33,547 nt of DNA from Minisyncoccota bacterium (GTDB taxonomy: Bacteria > Verrucomicrobiota > Lentisphaeria > Oligosphaerales > MVZH01): positions 1 to 33,547 of the forward strand of contig JAIPIM010000003.1 of NCBI GenBank assembly GCA_021734725.1, written 5' to 3'. Shown here piece after piece: positions 17,441 through 29,148 of this stretch (position 1 is the stretch's first letter; each line of letters opens with the position of its first letter). Position numbers and translations under genes: made by a program. Under the pieces are notes generated by a model, which was given only the letters and a program-made list of their open reading frames with translations, ran no database searches and was not told the origin of the DNA.

Positions 17441-19402
17441 CTACTCTTTAAGCTTGGCGATCTGGTCGCGCAGCATAGCGGCACGTTCAAACTCCAGTGC
17501 ATCAGCTGCTTCTTTCATTTCACGCTCGAGCTGCTGGATGGTCTCGGTAATGGTGTAATCTCCACCCTCCTCCTCAATGATGGAAGCAACGACCTCCTCC
17601 GCCTGTTCGTAGAGACGAAGGCTGGATTGCACGGCGCGCTTAATGGAGCGCGGCGTCACGTTATGCTCAAGATTGAAAGCCTGCTGGTGCTTGCGACGCT
17701 CTTCCGTGGTCTCAATCATCCGCCGCATACTATCGGTCATCTTATCGGCGTAAAGAATGACTTGCCCATGAAGGTGACGTGCGGCGCGCCCGGCTGTCTG
17801 GATAAGAGATCGTTCTGACCTCAGGAATCCCTCCTTGTCAGCATCGAGAACGGCAACCAGCGACACCTCGGGCAAGTCCAGCCCCTCGCGAAGAAGATTG
17901 ATGCCCACCAGGCAGTCGAAATCGCCGCTGCGCAAACTGCGGATCAATTCAACTCGTTCAATGGCGTCCACTTCCGAATGAAGGTATCGCACGCGCACAT
18001 CCAGGTCGCGGAGATAATCGGCCAATTCTTCCGCTGTCCGTTTGGTAAGCGTGGTCACAAGCACGCGCTCGTCACATTCCGCCCGACGCCGGATCTCTTC
18101 CAGTACGTCGTCAATCTGGTTTTCCAGCGGACGTACGCTTACTTCCGGATCGAGCAAACCGGTTGGACGCACCACCTGTTCAACCGGTTCCGTGAGTTCA
18201 AGTTCGTACGCACCCGGAGTCGCTGAAACAAACAACGTCTGCCCGGTAAGCGTGTTAAACTCCTCGGCCTTCAGCGGTCGGTTATCCAGCGCCGAAGGTA
18301 ATCGAAATCCGTGATCGACCAATACTTGTTTGCGACTCCGATCCGCGCGGTACATGGCGCCAATCTGCGGTATGGTTACATGCGATTCATCAACGACCGT
18401 GATAAAGTCGTCGGGGAAAAAATCGATCAGCGTATACGGACGCGAACCCGGGGGACGTCCGGCCAAGTGGCGCGAATAGTTTTCAATTCCTGAGCAATAC
18501 CCCAGTTCACGCAACATCTCCATATCGTACATGGTCCGCTGATAGAGCCGTTGCGCTTCGATCAGTTTGCCTTCTCGTTCGAACCGGGCCACCTGTTCAT
18601 CCAGTTCCTCCGTGATCGCTTTCTGCGCACGTTCGATGCGTTCGTACGGCATGACGAAGTGCTTGGCTGGAAAAACGACGATGCTGCCGAGTTCTTCCTC
18701 TTCGTGCTTCGTTAACGCATCTCGGCGCGTGATCCGATCCACGGTTTCTCCCCAGAATTCGACCCGTATCATGTCCTCGCGATAGGATGGAAAAATGTCA
18801 ACGGTATCCCCCGCCGCACGGAATTCACCGCGGTGCGGCGCCGTGTCGTTGCGATTGTACTGCATGTCCACCAGTCGCCGCAACAATTCGTCACGCTGCA
18901 GTTCTCCCCCACGGGTGATAGCTACGCTCATTGCCTGGACATCTTCGGGTGAACCCAAACCGTAAATGCAAGATACGCTGGCGACAATGACAACGTCGCG
19001 CCGCTCCAGCAACGCGCTTGTCGCCGCCAGTCGCAAGCGCTCGATCTCGTCATTTATGGAAGCGTCCTTGGCAATGTATGTGTCAGTCTGGAGGATGTAG
19101 GCTTCCGGCTGGTAGTAATCGTAATAGCTGACGAAATACTCCACTGCATTCTCCGGAAAAAACCCCTTGAATTCGCTGTAGAGTTGAGCGGCCAGCGTCT
19201 TGTTGTGGGAGATAACCAGGGTTGGGCGTTGCACCTCCTGGATAACATTAGCGAGCGTAAAGGTTTTGCCTGATCCTGTAACCCCCAGGAGGGTCTGATA
19301 CCGACAATCACCCGTTTCCAACCCGTGGACCAACTCCGCAATGGCCTTGGGCTGGTCCCCGGCAGGCTGAAAGTCTGAATGGAGCTGAAAACGGCGACTC
19401 AT
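17441..19402 (-). CDS. uvrB: Excinuclease ABC subunit B
   Basis: [48 protein letters not shown] and the C-terminal UVR domain ([11 protein letters not shown]). Start ATG 19402 preferred (19438 is the alternative). Confidence 0.98.
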   Translation of the reverse strand: MSRRFQLHSDFQPAGDQPKAIAELVHGLETGDCRYQTLLGVTGSGKTFTLANVIQEVQRPTLVISHNKTLAAQLYSEFKGFFPENAVEYFVSYYDYYQPEAYILQTDTYIAKDASINDEIERLRLAATSALLERRDVVIVASVSCIYGLGSPEDVQAMSVAITRGGELQRDELLRRLVDMQYNRNDTAPHRGEFRAAGDTVDIFPSYREDMIRVEFWGETVDRITRRDALTKHEEEELGSIVVFPAKHFVMPYERIERAQKAITEELDEQVARFEREGKLIEAQRLYQRTMYDMEMLRELGYCSGIENYSRHLAGRPPGSRPYTLIDFFPDDFITVVDESHVTIPQIGAMYRADRSRKQVLVDHGFRLPSALDNRPLKAEEFNTLTGQTLFVSATPGAYELELTEPVEQVVRPTGLLDPEVSVRPLENQIDDVLEEIRRRAECDERVLVTTLTKRTAEELADYLRDLDVRVRYLHSEVDAIERVELIRSLRSGDFDCLVGINLLREGLDLPEVSLVAVLDADKEGFLRSERSLIQTAGRAARHLHGQVILYADKMTDSMRRMIETTEERRKHQQAFNLEHNVTPRSIKRAVQSSLRLYEQAEEVVASIIEEEGGDYTITETIQQLEREMKEAADALEFERAAMLRDQIAKLKE

Positions 19403-19431
19403 GAACTCCGTATCGTTTTTTTGTTGTGCGT

Positions 19432-19950
19432 TCACCACTCTTCCGAATGCACCGCATCATCGCGGTATCGCGTACGGCCTTCTTTTGATTCAGCAGGCCA
19501 ACCGATTGCTATAGCAGCCACCGGAATGACCGATTGCGGAATACCCAGTAAACGCCTGATATGATCGACTCGCTCCTGACGCGGGTGGACGCCCAACCAA
19601 CAGGCGCCCAGGCCGAGCATACTGGCCGCAATCAGTAGATTCTCAATGGCCGCGGAACAGTCCTGCAACATGTACGACAATTCACCGTCATGCGCACGAT
19701 GCAGATCACCGCAGACAATGACGCCAACCGGTGCATCCGCCAACATTTTGCCATGCGGAAGTCCATCGGCAATGTGCGTTCGCATATCCTGGTCGCGAAC
19801 AACAACGAAATGCCATGGATCGGCGGCAACAGCGGATGGCGCGGCCATGGCTGCCTCCAGTACATCGTGGACAACAGTGTCGCCAACCGGTTCCGGTGCG
19901 TAGGAACGAATGCTGCGACGCGTGAATAGGTCATTAAGTTTCGGATTCAT
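19432..19950 (-). CDS. Nitroreductase family protein
   Basis: [44 protein letters not shown] 19950 follows a GGGAGGA SD; the longer 20088 start overlaps psd. Confidence 0.92.
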   Translation of the reverse strand: MNPKLNDLFTRRSIRSYAPEPVGDTVVHDVLEAAMAAPSAVAADPWHFVVVRDQDMRTHIADGLPHGKMLADAPVGVIVCGDLHRAHDGELSYMLQDCSAAIENLLIAASMLGLGACWLGVHPRQERVDHIRRLLGIPQSVIPVAAIAIGWPAESKEGRTRYRDDAVHSEEW

Positions 19951-20026
19951 CGGTTTCAGTCCTCCCTTAGCTGGTTCCTTTTTCACAAGACTCTGAAGCT
20001 CTCCGAATTGTCGGCGTCCGGAGAGG

Positions 20027-20965
20027 TTATGCTCGGTCTGGCGCGAACAGACAGCCGACACGTTGCCCGGCCAGAATTCGTGTCTCATAACCGTTTAGTG
20101 TATTCTGTGCCAGGTCCGCGTCAAACTCGATACAACCGGGACGCAACACAACAACAATCGTCGAACCACCGAACTCGAAATAGCCTTTCTCATCCATTTT
20201 CGTAAACGTTCGGTCATTGTGCGTGTGCACAATTCGTCCCACGGCAAACGCACCGACCTCAACAAAAGCGGCCCTGCCGAACCCATCAAACTCAACCATG
20301 GATACATATCTCGTATTTGATGTGTATACGTCCGCGCGTCGCCGTAGCGCCATAATATTGACGGGCGCAAGTCCTCCGGGTATTTGACGTTCAGTGAGAA
20401 CACGCCCAGACGCGGGATAATAAAAACGATGGCAGTCAGCGGGTGACAGCCGGAAGACAGCTACAGAGCCTCCGTGAATGTCAGTTGTCTCGTTGTCGGC
20501 ACCCTTCAACAATCGCGATATGTTGAACCGTACGCCTTTCACCGGGAAGCAGGAAAGGGCGTCGACGGAGGGAAACACCAGCACACGCGAGTCGGCGGGG
20601 GCACAGAACTCGTTGGGAGCAGGATTATAGGGACGGGTCCCCTTGCGCAAACAACGAGTGAAAAACTCGTTGAATGTTCGGTATTGCTCAACAGGCTGGG
20701 CAAATTCCGAAACATCTATATGCAATTGCCGGATTGCCGAATTGACAGCGTGTCGCGACCAGCGGGAATCAGCATACCACCCCAAGACTCGACTTATACA
20801 GTGGGAACGAAACAATGCAAGCCGGGGAAGAGCCCCCAAATAGTTCCGGCAGGTGAGCCTCAACAGGTGATCACCGAGAATGGGTTCATCAAACATGTCT
20901 CCCGTCTTACGGTCGTAAACGGTGACCGGAGGTTGACGGGCTTGCTGTCTAAAAACATGCATCAA
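20027..20965 (-). CDS. psd: Phosphatidylserine decarboxylase proenzyme
   Basis: FNEFFTR, PADSR, RLSPADCHRF, EVGA and EKGYFEFGGST (autocleavage GS motif). Confidence 0.88.
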   Translation of the reverse strand: MMHVFRQQARQPPVTVYDRKTGDMFDEPILGDHLLRLTCRNYLGALPRLALFRSHCISRVLGWYADSRWSRHAVNSAIRQLHIDVSEFAQPVEQYRTFNEFFTRCLRKGTRPYNPAPNEFCAPADSRVLVFPSVDALSCFPVKGVRFNISRLLKGADNETTDIHGGSVAVFRLSPADCHRFYYPASGRVLTERQIPGGLAPVNIMALRRRADVYTSNTRYVSMVEFDGFGRAAFVEVGAFAVGRIVHTHNDRTFTKMDEKGYFEFGGSTIVVVLRPGCIEFDADLAQNTLNGYETRILAGQRVGCLFAPDRA

Positions 20966-23900
20966 AGCTCCCAGACAATCCTGCTTTCATGGATGCGGAC
21001 ATTTGCGTCACCATACTCCGAGTCAACCGCAGTTTGCAGTGAAGACTGCGCGCCGTCTTTAACAATGCCCAGCAGGTAGCCGCCGCCACCAGCACCCGCC
21101 AGTTTTGCACCTTCGAGGTAGGGAGCAATGCTGTCCATCAATCCGTCAATGAATTCATTGGATGTATTCTCGTCCAGTTCCTTATTCAGTTCCCAGTGCC
21201 ACCACATCCGCTCGCCCGCCGTCCGGAAATCTCCTCGTTCGATGGCACAAGCCATATCTTTCGCAACGCGTTGAATGTCAGAGAGGATTTCCACCGTCCG
21301 CGTCTCGCGCGCGAGCCATTTGCCCATGACCTGGCGCAAAAGATTTTTTGCCAGGCGGCGCTGCCCTGTATCGATAACAATGAGGCGGCGGTCCAACTCG
21401 CGGCGAAGTTCCGCATTCAGGTTCAGCGATTTGACCGACAGCTCCTGATAAGCACCGGGGCCCGAGGTGCTCAGCTTCAGCCCCGGGACGAGCCCTCCCA
21501 CCTGGTCCTGCCATCCCCCCCCCGTAGTCAGCATCTGTTCAATCACCGCGGCAGCATCGAATAATTCCTTGTATCCAGGTGTCACGCCATTGCCGGCCCC
21601 CAACAGGAGCAGCCCTTTAGCCAATCCCGCCGCCAGGATACTGCTTGTTCCCAAACCACTGCCCTTGGGAAGGCTCACACGCGAGGCCAGATGCAATCCC
21701 CCCCCCAGCGTCTTGCACAGCTCTTGAAGACTCGATGCACGTTCGCCCTTTGGCATGACCAAGAAACAGAAGGCCGCCTTATGCAATGCCAACGGATCCT
21801 TGGGATTAGCAAAGTTCTGAAGATCGTCCAAGCTGCAGCAGTCGGTTGAGAATCCCAAATCCTGACTTTCGAGCCGCACGATCGGATCGTCGAGGCGGCG
21901 AGCCTCGACCGTGACGGGAAACTCGCCATCAAGACACACCGCCGCATTCAGCACCGTTCCTCCCCGTTCCAATGCGTGTGGAGGCGTATCTGACCAACCT
22001 CCCGCAAAATCAATTCTTGCCGGCAGTTGCACCGCGACCGCCGCTTGCTTCCAATCGGTGACTGCCGCAATTGCCGCATGTTCGTTTTGCGCGGCCACCA
22101 TCACCCGCGCGACTTCCCGAAACGCTCGATCTTCATGCCGCCGCGATAGTTTTCTGAACCGTTCCGATTCCCGCCCCATACGCGCCAGTACGGCAATCGA
22201 ATAGTGCCATCGCGCCTTGTCCAGAGATTCGTACCGGGCATTCTTATCGTCAGACATACGCGCGATGAGATTGCCCAAATCCTTGTTTGTAGGTATCTTG
22301 TCAATCCACCGTGCCACTGGGTGTTCGCTCTCAAAAAAGTGGCGACATTTGTGGAACACAAGCTCGGAAAACAAGGATTCCCACGAACTCCCAAGCACGT
22401 CCAGATCCGCACGTTCGTAGCTGGAGTGCAACGAACACCTTGCACTGTGCCGCCACCTGTTCAGACCATCATTCTCCGATCCGCTTTTGCCTGCCTTGAA
22501 CAACCACAAGCACGCCTCCCAAGCCTCCTGTATGGAGGAGCACACAGGGAAAAGGTTGGCATCCCACAGTTTACATTCCGCATCCGTGCGGGCGTCGGGC
22601 CAAAGATCCCCGCGGGAAATGCCACAGCGTGTGAGCCACTGCCGCATCGGTTCCCCTAGAAACGTGGCCGTTGCAAGACCGTCCTTCGGATTGTCATCAA
22701 CCCCCCATATGCGGACAACATACGTCGGGCCATTGTCCGCATTCTCACTCGCCAGTGGCAGTGAATGGACCACAACATTACTGGGAACAACCGCATCTTC
22801 GGGCAACTTCATGTTGCTGACGACTGAGTCTTTCCCGATGGTACACCGTCGTGATATATCGCTGAACTCGACTGTAGTTCCAGCTTCTATCACACACTGC
22901 GCCCCCACCTCGCTGTGGAGAATACACGCGGTTTCAGCAACACGACTGTCCTCTCCCAGAACATGGCTGACACGGCGCTTTCCACCCAAAGCACGGACAT
23001 CGTCATCGTCATACGTAATCAGGCGTTGATATTCACGTACCGTTCCGAAATGAAGGAATTTTGCGGGATGCAGGGTCTCCACATAGAACGGAGTGCCTCG
23101 CAGCGAGTCCCATATCGACTGCCGAATGGCCTTAAGGGCGGAAACCGCGGGCCCATCACTCGTATCGTTGATGTAGCTTTCAAACGCCGTACCTGGAGCA
23201 AGCGGCGAAAGGATGTCCCCGTACAGGTTCACCGATGTCCGGGACTCCACCGCCTGGTGAAGCCAGCCGCCGTGAGCACAGCCATCCAGCCATAATGCCG
23301 ATGCCGTATTGGCATCAACGTAGACAATTCCCGTGTCAACCAAGGCATGGCCTCCATCGGAAAGAGCCCCATACTTCCGAAGGGTTCGTAAAGCGGGCTT
23401 GTGCAAAAACAATTGAACACGTCCGCTGGCATCCGGCACAAAAACACCATGGTGAGTAGCTGTTTCACAATCTGTTCTTATGGCGATGCCAGTCATTCCT
23501 GGACGAACAAGGCTAAGCTGAGAGTGGTCGAACAGAAGGAGTACATCGCCGGATGCCAGCAAAAGGCCAGGCCCGATCGTCCCCGGAAGCCCACTCAACG
23601 CCACAAACAATTCATCAAACAATGTCGATGGACGACCTGACGCAAGCAAGCGTGGGATGGGAGCAAAAACTTTACCGAAGGCGGAGTACTGAGGGAGACG
23701 TTTACTGTCACCGCCGGAATGCAATACAAGAATACGGCGGTCCGCAAAAAAAGCTTGCCCCTCTCCCTCTCCGCGGTCCGGCGGAACACCATACTGAGCA
23801 GTAAGTTGCTCGAGAACATTCAGTGTAGCGCCACCGGATCCTATCCGTATACCGCCGGGATCGGCAACAACATGGAACGCGGTTTCCTTGGGAAGCATCC

Positions 23901-24069
23901 CCAGCTCATGACGGACCCGCAACTGGTACCGAAAAGCCGCCGCCTGCGACTCGTTGGCCGCGGTCAACACGACGTCATCCCATGTGGGCAAACGCCTTGC
24001 GCCGTGAAGCGCGTCGCTATAGACACGCCAGTTGTTGAGGTGAGCTTGGTGAAAGAAGGCTGTCTGCAT
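20962..24069 (-). CDS. fkp: Bifunctional L-fucokinase / L-fucose-1-phosphate guanylyltransferase
   Basis: WDDVVLTA, RIGSGGAT, HSGGDSKRLP, HGVF and FLHFGT; C-terminal GHMP kinase with PARIDFAGGWSDTPP, PKGSGLGTSS, TGGGWQDQ and KLAGAGGGG. Start uncertain (ATG 24069 versus TTG 24144). Confidence 0.92.
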   Translation of the reverse strand: MQTAFFHQAHLNNWRVYSDALHGARRLPTWDDVVLTAANESQAAAFRYQLRVRHELGMLPKETAFHVVADPGGIRIGSGGATLNVLEQLTAQYGVPPDRGEGEGQAFFADRRILVLHSGGDSKRLPQYSAFGKVFAPIPRLLASGRPSTLFDELFVALSGLPGTIGPGLLLASGDVLLLFDHSQLSLVRPGMTGIAIRTDCETATHHGVFVPDASGRVQLFLHKPALRTLRKYGALSDGGHALVDTGIVYVDANTASALWLDGCAHGGWLHQAVESRTSVNLYGDILSPLAPGTAFESYINDTSDGPAVSALKAIRQSIWDSLRGTPFYVETLHPAKFLHFGTVREYQRLITYDDDDVRALGGKRRVSHVLGEDSRVAETACILHSEVGAQCVIEAGTTVEFSDISRRCTIGKDSVVSNMKLPEDAVVPSNVVVHSLPLASENADNGPTYVVRIWGVDDNPKDGLATATFLGEPMRQWLTRCGISRGDLWPDARTDAECKLWDANLFPVCSSIQEAWEACLWLFKAGKSGSENDGLNRWRHSARCSLHSSYERADLDVLGSSWESLFSELVFHKCRHFFESEHPVARWIDKIPTNKDLGNLIARMSDDKNARYESLDKARWHYSIAVLARMGRESERFRKLSRRHEDRAFREVARVMVAAQNEHAAIAAVTDWKQAAVAVQLPARIDFAGGWSDTPPHALERGGTVLNAAVCLDGEFPVTVEARRLDDPIVRLESQDLGFSTDCCSLDDLQNFANPKDPLALHKAAFCFLVMPKGERASSLQELCKTLGGGLHLASRVSLPKGSGLGTSSILAAGLAKGLLLLGAGNGVTPGYKELFDAAAVIEQMLTTGGGWQDQVGGLVPGLKLSTSGPGAYQELSVKSLNLNAELRRELDRRLIVIDTGQRRLAKNLLRQVMGKWLARETRTVEILSDIQRVAKDMACAIERGDFRTAGERMWWHWELNKELDENTSNEFIDGLMDSIAPYLEGAKLAGAGGGGYLLGIVKDGAQSSLQTAVDSEYGDANVRIHESRIVWEL

Positions 24070-24322
24070 AGGAGTCCACGGGGTTACAGGCAAACAAGCA
24101 GAAAATGACCGCCATCTTAGCTGGACCTTGCGTGAAAAAGTCAAGCTTGTATCGCGTCAACGTTGACCGAGGAAGGAGCAATGCATTTCACATATCCCAA
24201 CAGCCGACACCGCTCTGACGCGATCTGAGTCGCCCGCCTTCAGGCGTTCCGCGTCCGCCGCGCAGCCTTAATCCACACGACTTCAAGAGATGGCGACAAT
24301 GTGCACCTCGGCCGGCACAAAC

Positions 24323-25405
24323 CTATTGCTCTGTCTCCGCCGGTGACAATGGAACATCGTGCAAAGGAGGCACGGGATTCAGAGGCGGATTCACCGGAAC
24401 AATTTTCGGCCCCACCGGGTCAGGCAGCTGCTCAATCTGCATAAGGATATCGGGATTCACACCGAACACCCAGCTGTCCGCATACCAACAATCGAGTGGT
24501 GCTTCCAGCAGTTCGTTGCACTGTGTACATAACCACTCGGCCGCGTTCATGTAGTCATCCGCATTATGGCCTTCCATAATTTTCGTACCGCGGATAAACT
24601 CGGCCGGCGAATCTTTATCCAGAATAGTCTCCTCCACCAGCACCCGACCGGCAAGAACGTCAAGAGCAAAGTACTCGGTGCGCTTGGGAATGTTCTCCAT
24701 GGCTCCCTTGGCTAATGCACCGTCTTCAAAAAGCACCTTGTGAAGCTTAGCCAATGTAATGTGCAGATCTTGCCCCTGAATGGAGATCAACGGCAAAAAC
24801 GCATAGTCCCGCTCGAGACATGCCAGAACGCCAAATTCAAGGATACTCCCGGCACGGATCGTATCATCCGGCGTGGATACATAATTCCCGTCCACCACCA
24901 CCTCGCCCTCGATACATGCAACTTTCATGTAGTGCGACATGCCGTCTGTATGCAGCAGGTAGGCCACGATAAAATCGGTAGATTTCGCGATGGCCACTCC
25001 CAAGGGCGTTGCAACCTCAAACCCGTATTTCTTCGGCTTATTATCCAACGTTACCTTTACTTCTCCCATGACAAGCCAGACACTGACACGTCTGGGTGTC
25101 TCTTCGTATTTCTGAAAGACCGCACCCGTGCTCTCCAGAAGGCGCACTGTGTTCCCTTCACCGATTTGAACAAGAGCTGAACCGTTTTTTCCCGTCCGAA
25201 ATTCCGTACCAAACGGGTAAGTCGCCCCCTTCTCCGCCGGATAAAATTGCCGCACTTCCTCAGTGCGGACATATACTCGTCCTTTCGTCGCACTGAGCGT
25301 GATTTCATTCTCCACGGCTGCACCTTGCGCACATACGGTATCAGCCCCAAACAATGCCGCCGCACATACGGCTCCACATACTGTCATCCATAACCTGGGT
25401 CTCAT
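24323..25405 (-). CDS. Exported FecR-domain protein
   Basis: Signal peptide (ends TVCA), FRTGKNGSA...VRLLEST, FEVATPLGVAIAKSTDF and VACIEGEV; Pro-rich C-terminus. Confidence 0.75.
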   Translation of the reverse strand: MRPRLWMTVCGAVCAAALFGADTVCAQGAAVENEITLSATKGRVYVRTEEVRQFYPAEKGATYPFGTEFRTGKNGSALVQIGEGNTVRLLESTGAVFQKYEETPRRVSVWLVMGEVKVTLDNKPKKYGFEVATPLGVAIAKSTDFIVAYLLHTDGMSHYMKVACIEGEVVVDGNYVSTPDDTIRAGSILEFGVLACLERDYAFLPLISIQGQDLHITLAKLHKVLFEDGALAKGAMENIPKRTEYFALDVLAGRVLVEETILDKDSPAEFIRGTKIMEGHNADDYMNAAEWLCTQCNELLEAPLDCWYADSWVFGVNPDILMQIEQLPDPVGPKIVPVNPPLNPVPPLHDVPLSPAETEQ

Positions 25406-25468
25406 GGTTTTACTCCCTGCTCTGATTATTGATAATACGAATCGGTTGAAGTTGTTCTCAACACCTTT

Positions 25469-25497
25469 AAGCTAGCTTCTCTTTCGCGAAAGGTCAA
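25469..25497 (-). promoter_or_regulatory. Putative promoter of the FecR-domain gene overlapping a palindromic motif
   Basis: On the minus strand: TTGACC, 17-nt spacer, TAGCTT. Confidence 0.4.
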
Positions 25498-26300
25498 TAC
25501 CGTCCACGGGTTTGGACGTCGGGTTTGCAGGAGAACGGCGAATATACCACAAACCCCTGATGCTTCAGTATGGCACGCGGCGAGTAACTCAACGGGATAC
25601 CGTCCAAATCCGTCACACAACAACCGGATTCACGCGCAATAATGGTGCCTACCCCCGTGTCCCAATACCATGTCGGCCCCAGTCGCGGGTATACATCGGC
25701 AACACCCTCGGCGACAAGACACATCTTGAGAGAACTTCCTGATGGAATGGTTTTTCGCACCCCGTTCCGCACCAGCCAATGCCGAGTCTCCGCCGATGAA
25801 TGCGACCGGCTCACTACGGCGGTTAAACGGTCGCTTTCTCGCCTGACATGCAACCGTTCAGCTTCGCCCTTATCCGCTCGCCGGAACGTTCCGCCACCAC
25901 GACTGGCCCAATAGATGACCTTGGCAGCCGGAACATAAATCACACCAAGCACCGGATCGCTATCCTCAACCAAGGCAATATTGACGGTGTATTCCGGCAG
26001 TCCCTTAATGAATTCCTTCGTGCCGTCCAGCGGGTCTACCAGCCAATACCTGAAGCAGTTTGCGCTCTCAACGGTTTTTATCTCACCCTCCTCCGAGATC
26101 ACGGGGATGTCCGGGTCAAATCGACACAGGCCCTCAGCAATCACTTTGTGCGAATGCATATCCGCTCGGGTTACCGGTGAACCGTCCACCTTCTCGGCAA
26201 CTGTGCGAGGTTCGTTCTCAATGGCGGTTATTGCGCTGCCGGCTTCCAACGCAATCTCGCGACATACTTCCAAGATATTCTTGAGGTTCTCGTCACTCAC
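25494..26300 (-). CDS. cysQ: 3'(2'),5'-bisphosphate nucleotidase
   Basis: [43 protein letters not shown]; directly downstream of cysNC. Confidence 0.93.
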   Translation of the reverse strand: MSDENLKNILEVCREIALEAGSAITAIENEPRTVAEKVDGSPVTRADMHSHKVIAEGLCRFDPDIPVISEEGEIKTVESANCFRYWLVDPLDGTKEFIKGLPEYTVNIALVEDSDPVLGVIYVPAAKVIYWASRGGGTFRRADKGEAERLHVRRESDRLTAVVSRSHSSAETRHWLVRNGVRKTIPSGSSLKMCLVAEGVADVYPRLGPTWYWDTGVGTIIARESGCCVTDLDGIPLSYSPRAILKHQGFVVYSPFSCKPDVQTRGRY

Positions 26301-28236
26301 CGGTATTTATCCTTGCAATAATACCCCGCTGGGCCAGCACCGCCAAAATACGCTCTACCGCCTCGTCCACCGTCAGTTCGTGCGTCGGCAACTCAACATC
26401 GGCATTCACGGGCGGCTCATACGGCGCGCTCACGCCGGAGAAGTTGCGGATTCGACCGTCCCGCGCCCTTTCGTAGAGCCCTTCCGCATCCCGTTTTTCG
26501 CATGCGCTAAGTGGTGTACTTACATACACTTCCACAAACCTGTCCTCACCCACGGCTTGCCGCGCGTGATCCCGCCCTTCGCGATAGGGCGATACGAACG
26601 CGGCAATGGTGATCATGCCAATCTCGTTACAAAGCTTCGCGACCTCGGCGGCTCGGCGAATATTCTCCGAACGGTCATTGCCGGAAAATCCCAAGTCACG
26701 GCTCACGCCAAGACGAAGATTCTCACCATCCAGAACGTGAGCAAAATACCCCATCTCGAACAACCGTTTTTCCAGTGCATATGCAACCGTAGATTTGCCC
26801 GCCTTCGGCAGCCCGGTCAGCCAGATCGTGGCTGGGCTTTGCCGCAAACGAGCAGTCCGTTCATCCAGCGTAACACCGCTCTGCTTCGGATGTATATCCC
26901 TGCTGACAGGACGTTCCTGCTGCTTTTCTTCCACAATCAGGTCGTTAGGTTCCTGTTCCAAGATCATGCCTGCGCCAACCGTGACGTTCGAAGTACGGTC
27001 AATGATAATGAAGGATCCCGTGGCATGATTTTGGCGATAAGGATCGAAAGCAAGGGGGCGATGCAACTCAAACACGGCGCGCCCAATCTCGTTCAGCCCA
27101 AGCTTCGCCGCTTTCTCTCTGTGCAGAGTATTGACGTTAACCGCGTAACGAACATCGGAGACCAGCGCCGGCACCGTATTGGTGGTCTGCTTTAGCAAGT
27201 ACGTCTCATTGGCGACCATGTCGGCATCACTCATCCACACTACCATGGCCTCAAGCCGTCGTTCGATACGGGGGACATTATTGACGTGTACAATCATATC
27301 CCCCCGGCTCACATCAATCTCGTCGGCCAGCGTAACCGTTGTCGACATTGGCGGGAACGCCTCCTCCATGTCACCATCATACCCGACAATTGAGGCCACT
27401 TTCGAACGCTGACCGGCGGGCAACACCAAAACGTCGTCGCCAACCCTGAGTATGCCAGACCCCACAGTCCCGCAAAAACCACGAAAGCTCCGGTCGGGCC
27501 GCAACACATACTGCACGGGATATCGCAAGTCAATAAGATTCCGGTCACTCGCAACGTGTACCGTTTCCAAATAGTCGAGCAACGGAGGACCATGATACCA
27601 CGGCATCCTGTCGCTTTCCTCGACTACGTTGTCCCCTTTGAGCGCGGAGAGCGGAATGAATTCAATGTCCGGTATCTCCAATTTGGTCGTGAAATCAATG
27701 TAGTCCTCTCTGATCTTTTGAAAGTACGCCTCGGAATAATCCACCAAATCCATTTTGTTGACAGCCACAACGACGTGCTTAATACCGAGCAGGGAAGCGA
27801 TAAAGGTGTGTCGACGCGTCTGGGGGAGCACGCCTTGTTCAGCATCGATGAGAATGACCGCCAGATCGGCCGTCGAGGCCCCCGTCGCCATGTTCCGAGT
27901 ATACTGCTCGTGTCCCGGACTGTCGGCAATGATGAATTTTCGCCTGGGCGTTGAAAAATAACGGTAGGCAACATCAATCGTAATGCCTTGTTCCAGCTCG
28001 GCCCGCAACCCGTCCAACAGCATTGCATAGTCAATATCCTCTCCGGCCGATCCATGGCGAGCCGAATCGCGCTTCAAGGCGGACACCTGATCCTCGTATA
28101 CGGTTTTGCTGTCAAACAGTAAACGCCCGATGAGCGTCGATTTACCGTCGTCCACACTTCCCGCTGTAAGCAGTCTCAGAAGGTCCTTCTGCTCGCTCTC
28201 CGCAAACAACTGTTGCACTTTGGTGGAAGAATCCAT
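26293..28236 (-). CDS. cysN: Sulfate adenylyltransferase large subunit fused to an APS kinase domain (CysN/CysC, NodQ-like)
   Basis: [34 protein letters not shown] and NKMD; C-terminal APS-kinase-like domain [13 protein letters not shown]. Confidence 0.96.
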   Translation of the reverse strand: MDSSTKVQQLFAESEQKDLLRLLTAGSVDDGKSTLIGRLLFDSKTVYEDQVSALKRDSARHGSAGEDIDYAMLLDGLRAELEQGITIDVAYRYFSTPRRKFIIADSPGHEQYTRNMATGASTADLAVILIDAEQGVLPQTRRHTFIASLLGIKHVVVAVNKMDLVDYSEAYFQKIREDYIDFTTKLEIPDIEFIPLSALKGDNVVEESDRMPWYHGPPLLDYLETVHVASDRNLIDLRYPVQYVLRPDRSFRGFCGTVGSGILRVGDDVLVLPAGQRSKVASIVGYDGDMEEAFPPMSTTVTLADEIDVSRGDMIVHVNNVPRIERRLEAMVVWMSDADMVANETYLLKQTTNTVPALVSDVRYAVNVNTLHREKAAKLGLNEIGRAVFELHRPLAFDPYRQNHATGSFIIIDRTSNVTVGAGMILEQEPNDLIVEEKQQERPVSRDIHPKQSGVTLDERTARLRQSPATIWLTGLPKAGKSTVAYALEKRLFEMGYFAHVLDGENLRLGVSRDLGFSGNDRSENIRRAAEVAKLCNEIGMITIAAFVSPYREGRDHARQAVGEDRFVEVYVSTPLSACEKRDAEGLYERARDGRIRNFSGVSAPYEPPVNADVELPTHELTVDEAVERILAVLAQRGIIARINTGE

Positions 28237-28242
28237 GACCGG

Positions 28243-29148
28243 TTAAAAGTACCCTTCGCGTTTTTTCAGTTCCATGCTTCCCTCGGCGTCGTGATCAATC
28301 ACGCGTGTCGCGCGTTCCGAATCCCGCGCCAGCATGGTTTCTTCAATAATTTTCTCCAGGGTATCGGCATTGGAGGGTACCGCGCCAGTACACGGATAAC
28401 AGCCCAGCGTGCGGAATCGGCACATGATCCTCCGCGGCTTCTCGCCTGCTTGCAGCGGGATGGGGCCGTCCAGGGGAATAAGCTGTCCGTCCCGCACAAT
28501 CATCTCCCGCTCCCTGGCAAAATACATGGGAACAATCGGAATCTGCTCAACGTAGATGTAATGCCAAATGTCAAGCTCCGTCCAATTGGACAGCGGAAAA
28601 ACACGAATGGACTCTCCCTTGTCATGGCGACCATTGTATATGTTCCAAAGCTCCGGACGCTGATTCTTGGGATCCCATTGGCCAAACTTGTCGCGAAACG
28701 AATAAACCCGTTCCTTGGCACGTGACTTTTCTTCGTCCCGCCGGGCACCGCCAAATGCCGCGTCGTATGCTCCCTCGGTCAATGCATCCAATAAGGCTTG
28801 GGTTTTCAGCAACCCGCAACATTTCTGAGTTCCAAGATCAAAAGGGTTGGCGTTCTGCCGGATAGCTTCTTCATTTGTGTGGACAATCAGCCGAACACTG
28901 GGCTCTCGCGCAATCCGGTCACGAAATTCATACATTTCCTTGAATTTATAGGTGGTGTCAATATGCAGAAGGGGAAACGGAAGCTTGCCCGGGTAAAAAG
29001 CTTTCTGCGCGAGTCGCAGCATGACGGACGAGTCCTTGCCGATCGAATAGAGCATGACCGGGTTGTCAAATTCGGCCACCACCTCTCGCATGATATGGAT
29101 ACTCTCGGCCTCGAGTTGTTTAAGATCGGTTAAGCGATATCGACTCAT
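28243..29148 (-). CDS. cysD: Sulfate adenylyltransferase small subunit
   Basis: [40 protein letters not shown] and KKREGYF. ATG 29148 overlaps the cysC stop (ATGA). Confidence 0.97.
   Translation of the reverse strand: MSRYRLTDLKQLEAESIHIMREVVAEFDNPVMLYSIGKDSSVMLRLAQKAFYPGKLPFPLLHIDTTYKFKEMYEFRDRIAREPSVRLIVHTNEEAIRQNANPFDLGTQKCCGLLKTQALLDALTEGAYDAAFGGARRDEEKSRAKERVYSFRDKFGQWDPKNQRPELWNIYNGRHDKGESIRVFPLSNWTELDIWHYIYVEQIPIVPMYFAREREMIVRDGQLIPLDGPIPLQAGEKPRRIMCRFRTLGCYPCTGAVPSNADTLEKIIEETMLARDSERATRVIDHDAEGSMELKKREGYF

Noticed and set aside
19978-19994. TTTTTCACAAGACTCT as an IS terminal repeat
   Set aside because: Single short match with no partner end or transposase in the window.
19951-20088. 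N-terminal extension of the nitroreductase
   Set aside because: Overlaps psd; a strong SD precedes ATG 19950.
25981-27195. 404-aa + strand ORF
   Set aside because: Antisense to cysQ and cysNC; no motifs.
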